From NCBI RefSeq assembly GCF_000743755.1, contig NW_014569546.1, positions 62,001 through 126,000 on the forward strand: a stretch of DNA of 64,000 bases, read 5' to 3'. The notes beneath the pieces are model-generated. The model worked only from the letters and a program-made list of their open reading frames with translations, was not told the DNA's origin and made no database searches. Shown one piece after another: positions 35,901 through 46,042 of this stretch; the first letter of the stretch is position 1, and the number at the start of each line of letters is the position of its first letter. This DNA comes from Blastocystis sp. subtype 4. Lineage: Eukaryota. Both the position numbers and the translations under genes were made by a program.

Positions 35901-37788
35901 AGTGAAGAGAGTGAAGAAGGTAATTTGAGTAAGATTCATGTTCGGTGTAAGTGATGATGAACATGATCACGAATAGTACAAGATAAAACTGTGGCTCTAT
36001 TGCAGTCTCTAACAACTTATTCCTTACCAACAATCAATCCTCAAGAGGAGAGTATTGTGATTCCTTCATCAATATCCTTAAAAACCCGATCATAATCAAT
36101 CATTCCTTCATTTCACATTCGGGCTCATGCAATGATTAGCTTTGGTAAATTGTGTATTACAAGTGCTACACTTGCAAAGAAACATCTTCCCGTCCCTCTG
36201 AATCACTCAAATTATGAATAGATGTTCATTCGAGAACTCGAAATCAGTAAAGATTCTGTCATTCGAAATAACATCATTATTATTATTGGTGATATTTGTA
36301 CAAAGTCCATCCTATTCTTATTATTGATCACTAGACATACGTCGTTAGTGGAACGATACATTCCTGTGATTGCTAATTGTATTGTAGATTCAGATGATAT
36401 TGTTCGCATTCACTCTCTCTCCATCATTAGTAAGCTTGTTCTCGTTTGTATTCGTATCAATTGATCATTGTAGGAAGATTACATTAAACTCAAACCTGTT
36501 CTTCTCTGTAGTCTTCTTTGTGCTCTTGTTGATCCTGACGAGAATATTTCAGCCTTTGCATATCAACTTATCACAAAACAAGTCTTTCGTAAATTCCCCA
36601 AGATTTTTGTCGCCTATTTTGTGGAGATTATGAGTATCTTAAATGGGTACTTGGATAACTCAATGGTAAAGAAGGAGTATGGAGCAGCTGCCGTGGATAT
36701 CAATCTTGGAGGAGGAGAGAAGCGAAAAGTGAAGTAGGAGAATGAATTTGAATAAATCGTTAGTGCAAGAAGAAGAATTTATCGACTTATTCTAGAACAG
36801 CTGGATGATGAATCGAAATTACAAGTGTCTTGCAAATTATGTCAGAATGTATTAGGTCCACTTGTGGACAATGATGAATTGGCTAATTTGACAAATGATT
36901 TGGATTCACCAGGATTGAATCTGGTTAAGGATACATTTGCTGTGTTGTGTTCAAAGGAATTGAAAGTTGGGAATCGTACACGTGGTGAAGAAGAAGACCT
37001 TCCAGCAGAGATTCTCGAATCCAAGAAAACTGTTTTGAGTAAGGTAGCTGTGAATACTAGGTTTGAGTTATAGCTTGAAAAACGAACAATGTTAGAACAA
37101 GTCCTTCCCCTGTTAATCTCATTAAAGATACAACTGGAACAGAAACGATCTGTGCTACTAAGGGACTTGATGATGTATCTTAAGGTTATCACTGTAAACT
37201 TCAAATCAGAAATGGAACAAGTGTTTAGTGATAATCCTCGTTTACAGAGAGAGATTGAGTATGATTTGAGACAATTTGATGATGGGAATCATGTTGGCAT
37301 ATGAAAAGAATTTGATGGATAGCATGATACTTCAGCTAGAGGTGATGTTTTGTATGCTATCAATTCTCTTGCAACCCCTCTCATTCAACATACGTATCGG
37401 AATCAGGGATCTACTCCAACATTAACACCTCGTTTGAAAGTAAATGCGTATGGACTAAGTCGAAGAGTAATTGATAGACGAGAATCGCTCATTGAGGAGA
37501 AGAATGAAACTCCGAAGAAACCGTCATTAGAAGTGCATTTGTCTCTAGATGAGAAAGATTCATGGAATATTGATGCAAAGCGTCTTGTTGTGACTAGTAT
37601 GGTTGGGTAATGTATAGTCATTTTCAACACCTGTAAAGCAAAAAAGTACAGATGAAACTGACCAGAAATCTCCAGGTCCCAAATCAAGGTCAAAGAAAGT
37701 TAAGGAAGATGAGGATTTCGATGAAGAAGATGAAGCTATCATAAAGAAAGCTGCTAAGAAAACGTCTAGGAAACGAACTCGAAAGTGA
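32980..37788 (+). CDS. NCAPD3: Condensin II HEAT subunit CAP-D3
   Basis: Motifs RLSDSAVGVRKNAL and the Cnd1 region IRAHAMISFGKLC..IRNNIIIIIGDIC..HTSLVERYIP..D..DIVR, plus LLRDLMMYLK. Many short introns and one AT-AC intron. Confidence 0.8.
36072..36116 (+). other. U12-type AT-AC intron, 45 nt
   Basis: ATATCCTTA...TTCCTTCAT.TTCAC, containing an in-frame TAA. Removal gives IPSS|IRAHAM in the conserved CAP-D3 region. Confidence 0.85.
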
Positions 37789-37814
37789 ATGTCGATTGTT
37801 TATAAGAAACACAC

Positions 37815-38263
37815 TCAAATCAAGAGCTTTTCAATTTCAACCTTGATATGATTGATCTGGTCGTTCAACTGGCTTCGTTCATCCGATACAATTGAACAAG
37901 CAATCACTGGACGTGTTACACCACAAGCACGACCTAATGCAATCTTCGAAGGAACAAATACATAAGGTACATTCTTGTCTTCACAGAGTAAAGGGATGTG
38001 AAGAATAATCTCCAGTGGCTCGGCATCTGCTGCCATCACAATGAACGAGCTTTTACCACGATTCAGAGTCTTCGTAGCTAAAAGTAACAGTACCCACTCA
38101 AACTCACCTTCATTGGCTCCCTTCTTAAGTTGACGGTAGTTAGTTGCCTGTTGGACCAAATCCAGGATTGTTGCAGTCAATTCAGATGGAGCAAGAGGAT
38201 AGGCCTTAGAACTATCGTTTTCCTGCAAATTACAAAGAATAGTACTCAATTCCCTACACTCAT
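37815..38263 (-). CDS. SNU13: SNU13/15.5K (NHP2L1) L7Ae-family snRNP/snoRNP protein
   Basis: [73 protein letters not shown]. Confidence 0.95.
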
Positions 38264-38453
38264 ACTTAAACAAGGAATCAAGCCTCGGCTAATGAGAAAA
38301 GCGAATTGTGAAAAATGGTCCAAATCATAAGAATCAAGAGTTATCGAATTACTGAACTAATTAGTCACGGTTATCTCGCTCGTTTCGCGATTCCATTCCT
38401 GTAGGTAATCGTGATTCTACAACAAAACACATATCCAAGTATCTTAGCAGGAA

Positions 38454-40058
38454 ATGAATACGGGAGTGCAACAAGATAAGAAAGTAATATCAAATGATCG
38501 GAAGGTATTGCACATGAGTATTGGTATTTCGTTGGTTTTCTTTGGTCTCTCTAATTATTATATTTTTATATGTAGGATCAAATACAACACAGAATTTTGC
38601 TGTACCCATATATCGTTGCATTGATAGAGAATCATTGATCCTGTAGATTCACTAGGCGCATTAGCAATGGGAACTATGTATCTCACTGCAACTATTTGTT
38701 CTTTCTTTGCACCCTCAGTGATATCCCATTTTCCTTCAGAGAGAAGGGCCCTTGCTTCATTTGCTTTTGAATTCTGGTAGTTCTATTTGTTGAGAATGAG
38801 GAGTAGTCTCTTTGTGGGTTCATTCGCTTTCAACTATCCGGCTCTGATTCTGGTATGTAGTGTTATTCATGGCTTCTCTCTCGCAGTAGTATTTATGGGG
38901 AGTGTGAATGTAGTGTTTCTGGGCGTCCCAAGGCGTTTATTTAGGACTTGTCAGCGACAGTTCAAATCGGTAATTCTTCAGTTGTCTGAATAGCATAGTG
39001 GAAAGCAGACAGGATTGTTTTGGGCAGTCTTTATGGCTGGTAACATTCTTGGTAATCTCTGTGCTTATTTCATTATGCGTTTTATGGGTTTTGTACGAAA
39101 CACTAACAGTCAGTAATCAGTAGCCTGAACTCAAATCCGGATGGAATGGCTCAATTTCAATCACATTCCTCACCTTAGCTTGTATGATTTCTTCATTTTA
39201 ATAATGAATAGTTGTAGTTGCATTAGGTGGAATTACGCTATGTTTCCTTCCTCCAGCCAAAGATGAAACTACCATTGTGGATTCGGAAGTCACAACAGCC
39301 TTGATTGACTCTGCATCAAAAGTCTCTATCTGGAAAGGTATCAGAGATTGCTACTATCTCTTAACAACTCCTAAGTTCGTTCTCTTGACATTCACGATGT
39401 TTGCAAATGGTAGCACTACTCCTAGTCTTTCATCTAGGTTACATCGCACTTTTTGTACCTTCTCAGATGAATCGTCAAGTTCATGATAGCGTTTCTGTGG
39501 GAATCTTTATGTCAATTTATGCCTGTCCAAACTGAGAGTACATCTAATAAATAGGCTCAGAGATTGTTTTTAGTAAGGTTGGTGCCGTAATCAGTGATAA
39601 ATATGGGGCGTATTATGTCATCATCATTGGGTCATTGTCCCAGGTAATTGGTCAAGTTTTCATGATTTTTAATGATTCTAAACAGAGTATGCTCCTTTAT
39701 ATCATTGCCTATATCTTTCATGGCGGAGCTGATAGTTGTTTCCAGACCCAAGCTCTGGCTCTCACATTGTACTATTTCCCTGGGTTGTCGGCAGTAGCGA
39801 ATAGCTGCTTCCGATTAGTATGGGATGAAGGGGAGACTTGATAGATAGTTCCAATTTGTGTCTGGAGCAATTTGTAATTTAACAACACCTCTCTATGTGA
39901 AGAATGGAGAAGTGACTTGGTCGATGTTCATGTTAGAGAATGAAGTGATGTGGGGTTTGCTACTGGTGAGTTTTGTCTGTCTAAGTGTTTTTGTCGTATT
40001 GTATAAGACATCTATTGAAGTGGATGATGTACGGGAGAAAGAGGCAACTTATGAATAG
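38454..40058 (+). CDS. UNC-93-like MFS membrane protein
   Basis: Multiple TM exons, SNTTQNF, GTMYLTATICSFFAPSVI, GLFWAVFMAGNILGNL and IFHGGADSCFQTQ. Confidence 0.7.
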
Positions 40059-40116
40059 AGTATATTACAGAAACGGCGGAAACAAGCATAGTTATGGTTG
40101 TTTGTAAATAAACAAA

Positions 40117-40651
40117 CTATAATTTGGAAGCAAGGAGTCGTATTCGATTCTCCAGTTCATGACAATATATCGGATTCAAATAGGAAAAAAATGGATTCAT
40201 GATACACTAAATCACATGATACAACCCGAACATACCCGTTTGTACAACTGATGGACATCAACAAAGAACTGCCTTATCCGTTCTTCATTTGGGCCCTGAT
40301 GCAATAGAAGGAAACAGACATGTACTCATCAAGAACAACTCAGATCAAGAAAGAAAAAGGATATTGCCTGGAGTTACGAATGCTGATACCAAGTACCCGT
40401 TGGATTTATCAACAACATGGAGATAACTATGGAATTAGTAGGATGAACAAAAACAACTCAGAATTGGTTGTCTTCTTCATCTCATCGACAACATCTAAGG
40501 AAGAGTATAGCACAAATTCTGATAAATGGGGATTCACTTCTTGCTATGGATTAGGAACATTTGCTTCGATTCAAACTTTATCCTTTCCAACATATATAGA
40601 AAGTAACGGTTCATCATTACCAAATATTACAAAACGAATTGGAGTTGTCAT
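40117..40651 (-). CDS. TRAPPC2: TRAPP subunit 2 / sedlin (Trs20)
   Basis: Manual splicing gives FVIFGNDEP...EFVLYSSLDVVDE..YLHVVDKSNGYLVSAFVTPG|NVCFLLLH..EERIRQFFVDVHQLY..IMNPF. It is absent from the ORF track. Confidence 0.88.
40322..40364 (-). other. U12-type AT-AC intron, 43 nt
   Basis: Minus strand ATATCCTTTT...GTTCTTGATGAGTAC. Removal restores VSAFVTPG-N-VCFLLLH. Confidence 0.9.
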
Positions 40652-40696
40652 GAGAGAAAGAGTGACAGAAGTAGTTTTATTTCATTTAACGAAATC

Positions 40697-41483
40697 ATGG
40701 GAAATGATGGTGGAACAAAGGCATTACAAAGGAAGTTCTCTCGATGGGGAACAAAGAAAGAAGTAGTGCATTATGAAACAGAGGAAGAAATCCAAGCAAA
40801 GTGGTCTACTTGTGCTTTGTCGGGAGATGTACTGCAAGAGCCAGTGAATTGTTAGGATTTGGAGTTATGGGTGTAGATTTGTTCTTGTGAACTCGGTTAT
40901 TTGTTCAACAAAGAGGCTGTTATTCAGGGAATTATCGATAAGAATCTTCCTCCTGAATTCTCTCACATTCGAAAACTGCGAGATGTGACAGATCTCCATT
41001 TCACTGTTAATCCGAGTTATTCTTCTAAGTATGTTGGTGATGCGAAAAACTATTGGCAACAAGACATTCTTGGAGGTAAATACATTTGTCCGATAACCAA
41101 AGAGACAATTGGAGGTAAGACAAAGTAGAATATATTGCAGCAGAATAAAGGATAGATTCTGTTATCTGCGTTCTTGTGGGTGTGTGATGGCAGAAAAGGC
41201 TCTTAAGGAAATTCCCTCTGATACATGTCTCGTTTGTGGGAAGAAGTATTGTGCCGACGATATCATCGTTCTCAATGGATCGTTGATACTCTCTTTTCGT
41301 TTGAACTTTAGTGAAGAAGAGCGGAAAGTGCTGCGTGAGAAGATGCTAAACCGTCGTCGAACAGAAAAGAAGTCTGTAAGAATTGGACGAATGTCCCCTC
41401 ATGAGTAGAAGAAGCGATCTATAACAATTGATTCTGACAAAAAAGATAAACAAGTTAAAGTTGTCGATTCGTCCAAATGTTAG
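40697..41483 (+). CDS. RTF2: Replication termination factor 2 (Rtf2 RING-finger family)
   Basis: Motifs MGNDGGT, WSTCALSG..L..P, CELGYLFNKEAVI, FSHIRKLRDV, YICPIT and FCYLRSCGCV..EKALKEI..CLVCG. The 3' end is uncertain. Confidence 0.85.
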
Positions 41484-41747
41484 TATTTTGTCTCAGTAGT
41501 GCCTATATAATACGTATGTTTCTTTCAGACTTGTGTCTCCTCACTTGACTCATCTGTATTGGTACAGTAATAAGGAGAGTGAAATTACTTGCTTATGGAT
41601 TAATAGACCAATCCAATTATCTTGCTTAAATGGCTAAAATCCGAGGATATTACCAATTGTATCACATTTCCTGGAAATTAGTTCCGCTAATTCATTGGGA
41701 AACGACTCCCTTCGAATCGTTATTTCCATAAACTTTGTATTGTACAG

Positions 41748-42771
41748 ATGCGTGGTTTTATCCTTATTTGTTTGATCAGTTCACTCTCTTTTGCTCGTTT
41801 ACTGTTCTCGGAGAAGAATCTGGAAACTTCTTTTCAATGCCCAACAAGTGTGCCTTCTGAATTAATTCAAATTGAAGAAGATGTCAAGAGTATCGATTGG
41901 CATAATTTTTAACGATTAGTGTGTGGAGAGTATAAAACTCAATGTATCAGTGATGACTCCATGTGTAATTGTATATAGAGTTTTTGATTTGTAGCATACA
42001 TTAAAAGTGCTGTTTTTGATGGTGCTCCTAAGGAGTTTCCTTCTTCGGTATTGATAAAGGTAGCTGAGTTTAGTGGAGATAGTTGTCTGGATTCCTATCT
42101 TGATGATGGTTATGGTTTTAAGGGACATTCTGTTGATACTGGTAATGGGAACCTAGGTATTATTGTTGAAGAAACCTATTTCATGGTTCCCACAGATTTG
42201 CTAAGTTGTACTCCCGAAATTGAGCCCTATAACTGGTATTCTGTTTCTGATCATGTGTGTAGAATTGGAGATATAGATCCTCTTGTTCCCTTAAGAAGAA
42301 TGATTGGTAGCGTGAAGTCCCTGAATGTGACCTTCTCTAAGGATTCTATGGAGATGTGTGATAAATATGATCGTCTCTCAGATATGGGTTGTATTATGCC
42401 TACTACTGCTCTTCCTACTGAAGTACCTACTGAGAAGCCTACAGAAAAACCCACTGAGAAGCCTACTGAGAAGCCTACAGAAAAACCCACTGAGAAGCCC
42501 ACTGAGAAGCCCACTGAGAAACCTACTGAGAAGCCCACTGAGAAGCCTACAGAAAAACCCACTGAGAAGCCCACTGAGAAACCTACTGAGAAACCCACCA
42601 AAGCACCTACTGAAGCACCCACTGAAGTACCTACTGAGAAGCCCGGCAGCTACTTATGGCTATGGATCATTGTTGGTTCTGTAATTGTCGTACTTTTGAT
42701 TGTTCTCTTCGTCTGTTGCTGTAGTAAAGAGGAGAAGGAGGAAGAGAAGAAACTTAATGCATCTACGGTCT
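41748..42771 (+). CDS. Type I surface protein with mucin-like (PTEK)n stalk; stop predicted to be completed by poly(A)
   Basis: Signal peptide [16 protein letters not shown], Cys-containing ectodomain, PTEK repeats and [33 protein letters not shown] at 42776 with an in-frame T at 42771. Confidence 0.85.
42414..42643 (+). repeat. Coding 12-bp tandem repeat (CCYACWGARAAR) encoding PTEK/PTEV/PTEA
   Basis: Directly visible run of cctactgagaag / cccactgagaag / cctacagaaaaa units. Confidence 0.95.
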
Positions 42772-42775
42772 TGTG

Positions 42776-42783
42776 TGTTTGTT
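42776..42783 (+). terminator. TGTTTGTT 3'-end/polyadenylation motif (PTEK gene)
   Basis: Exact motif, with an in-frame T at 42771. Confidence 0.8.
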
Positions 42784-42821
42784 TAGCGACAAATGAATAT
42801 GAATCTATTGCAACAAACAAA

Positions 42822-44250
42822 TTACAATTTTAAGGCAACAGATTCCTGCAAAGCCTTCAAGACAATCTCTTTATCATCAACAGTCAATCCTGATATCATC
42901 TTTAATACATCTACAACACTCACAGTCTTCTCTCTATTCATAATTCACTCTATCAATCACCACCTGATAAATGTAGCATAATATACCCCTGTAAAGTACA
43001 ACATCAAGAATTGACAATCAAATCGATCCATCAACCCTCCATGTCCTGGAATCAGAGATGTGAAATCCTTCTTTCCATAAGCGCGTTTTATTGCAGAGGC
43101 AAAGAATCCTCCAAATGGAGCTACAATAGATGCAAAGAGGGCCATAAAGAATTCATGGATATAGATGGGCTCTACAGTAACTCCAGGAATATTCACTATC
43201 GCAACTAACCAGTCGGGGAATGCATAAAACTTGGGAATATAATATGAAGGTAGAGGACATGATGGCTGATTGAATGGACAATACAAATGAGGTATCTATT
43301 TATAAAAGATGACTTCAATTACCGACCTTGAATAGATAAGCCATCGCCCATCCAATAATGATTGTACATAAACCTCCTCCTATGAATCCTTCCCATGACT
43401 TGTTTGGGGAGAGAGATGTTAACGGTTTCTTGATGAATCTAGATGAGAGAACATTGATTGATTCTACTTATGGCCCCAGAGCATCCCACAGAAATAGGCC
43501 ATAGTATCATTCCATGCCACTGTCATTACTGGAAGAACAAACCAAATAAGTCCTAGAGATAAGATGTTGAAAAGAAATATACCATCTTGAATTACAGGGA
43601 AAACAAGACGGATTTGGAAAACAACGATAATGATAATTAGCATGGTCCAGGCTATCTGACCGATCTGATACTTTAAATAACCTTTCTTTAGACTAAGGAC
43701 AATAAAGATAAAGTCCAAACAGTAAAGAATCACAGAAATCAAACTATGTGAGAGAATAGAGAGAAATGGATACGAGTGGTATCGTACAATTATCTCCACT
43801 TGAGGAATATATCGCATCATTCCAGCAGATGCATCTTCCCCAAAGACAATAAACAAGGCTGTTAGGAAAATAAGCCAATGAACGGTTCGGAAGTTGGGAA
43901 TTTCCTTCTCCACAGCTTCCTTGTAGCGAACTCCAAGCAATTCATAGAACAATCCAAACTAATGTTAATCCAATTGCATATATCTACCTGAATGGCAGTT
44001 ATCAGAAGAAAAACGGGAAAATGTCCCATGTATACAACAAGGATGAATCCAAATAATAGCGACAAGCCCGAAACAATTCGGGTTAGTATAGATGTTTTCT
44101 TCTTCTCAACTGCTATTCCATTATATAACCAAAACCTTCAGTACTGGGTTGGGTCGTTGGCTGTTCAACACTATCAATTTCATCTTCATCTCTACCGTCT
44201 GAAAGAACTTCGTCAGTGACTGGTCTTCTCTGTCGCAACTCCTCTTCCAT
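42822..44250 (-). CDS. CDS1: Phosphatidate cytidylyltransferase (CDP-DAG synthase)
   Basis: Motifs [23 protein letters not shown] and [37 protein letters not shown]. Confidence 0.92.
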
Positions 44251-44339
44251 GAAAGAATCTGTACAATACAGGGGGTCCCAAAAATCAGTGCACAGTAATT
44301 GAAAAGAACAAAAATAAGCTTGACAATTGGAATCCACAA

Positions 44340-45339
44340 ATGATGGCGAAATTCTCAGATTAATATGTCTATATCGCTAAATACGATGGATTCGGAAGGT
44401 CTGAAAACGAAGACTGACATACTGAATGCAATTAATGCTCTGTATGACGAAAAGACACGTGAAAGTGCTCTCGCTAGTGAGTTTCTTTACTGAACAGTTT
44501 TATTCTATAGTTCTATCGGAACAGAAATGCGATACCACTCTGCGATCGACTTGTTTATTCAATAGCTTTGGAATCGTAACGATCCTGCAACAAGAGATTT
44601 TGGGGGCTTATAAGAACATCAATAACGAAAAACTGACAGAACAGGCTGAGAAGCGTCTCTGTAATACTCTGACGATTGTCCGCTCTTTAGTTACGAATCC
44701 GGATATTGCTTATCATTTCCTTAATTGTACTTACTGAAAGTGTTTTGTCATGTGTGTAGCTTATATCTTGTACTATATCGGACCTTTGATTGAAGCATCC
44801 AATCCTCGTTTTGTGAATATCCGCAAGGTTAGTCTTGCAGTGCTGTTAGAAGTCTCTATGCATAATGACCGTAATGGAGAAGTAAGTAGTTTGTTTTCTC
44901 TTTACCCTAGTTGAAAGTGATGTTTATTAACCAGAATCTTATTTCTGTATGTTTAAATGTGTTTAAGCTGGTGGAAACTAGTGAAAGAACTGTATTCTTG
45001 TGTATCTGTGTTGAAGTCCTAGATTATTCTAATGATCCTGTACAATATTTTGTACAATATCCATGCCTTGAATTTGATTATGAATACTCCACGCTATTCC
45101 AAGATGAGTAGGAATTGAACTTCCATGTTGATCTGTAGTCTTTGAAGTGATGGTTATTTGTGGAGTCGACCAGGTGAAGCAAAAAGAGGATGGAAAAGCC
45201 ATCCAAACTTGTTGGGAGAAGATCATTAATCTTCTTTATGATAATAATCATCGCTCGTGAGTATAGTTTGTATAAACTGATGTACAGATTGGTGACGGCG
45301 ATTCGTCAGAAGATTCGTGAGATAGTCGTCGATCACTAA
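44340..45339 (+). CDS. Divergent RCD1/CNOT9 (Caf40)-like ARM protein
   Basis: TRESAL, NSFGIVTILQQEI, RLCNTLTIVRSLVTNPD..FLN and RFVNIRKVSLAVL resemble Rcd1 motifs. Confidence 0.6.
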
Positions 45340-45413
45340 TTTCATGTTCTTTTATTTTCTTGCTGTGAAGGGCTCGTTTTTACAATAGTTCAATGTATTT
45401 GTTAACAAAACGG

Positions 45414-45902
45414 TCATTCTGTTTTTGGCTTCTGGTTTCTCATTCTTTTGGCTATCGAAGAAATTGCCATTTCTAAATAGTTTTCTTTGTCAAAGAAGAG
45501 AAAATAGTAACTAGTTGCGAGCTTCACGTAATTGAACTGGGAAATATGTGAAAGAGGCTTTAAAAAGATAGACAAAGTTGCCAAATAGATCCAAATGTAT
45601 ATCCACTTCCGCGAATTTGCATTCTTGGATACATCGTGCATATAATACAAAAGCGCTGGAACAAAAATAATAAGATCGACAAAACAATTGCGAGTAAAGA
45701 TATAGAGGATAAACACCAATACGCAAGTTAGAAGCATCAAACAATAGTGTGATGGAATCTTTACCTTCTCTTCAACAATCTTATCAATTCCTAGTATGAT
45801 TCATCATTATCCACTCATACCGTGAACTCTAGGAGTCATCTCTTTGAAAACATCCTCAATTCTCTTCCAATATTCCAAAGCAATTTGCTTGAATTCTTCC
45901 AT
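45414..45902 (-). CDS. Small hydrophobic protein, REEP/DP1/Yop1-like
   Basis: Pattern ..VDLIIFVPALLY...RKWIYIWIY...YVKLA..FLF with hydrophobic hairpins and one intron. Confidence 0.5.
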
Positions 45903-46042
45903 TACAAATTGACAGAATAGAAGACAATAGGGAAAACTGTTGTAGAACCGCGGGATATGAATTGGTAATTGGGTCAGAATGGTGCATCCCTATCCGTCCC
46001 TAATTCTTTGCTTCGTTGAAAACTGGTTTCAGTTGAATCCTA

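Noticed and set aside
40320..40766. 148-aa + strand ORF
   Set aside because: It overlaps the real minus-strand TRAPPC2 gene and, out of frame, the RTF2 start.
42251..42684. (VGFS)n and (LRSP)n ORFs; possible CRISPR-like array
   Set aside because: These are alternative frames of the 12-bp PTEK coding repeat. There are no unique spacers and the DNA is eukaryotic.
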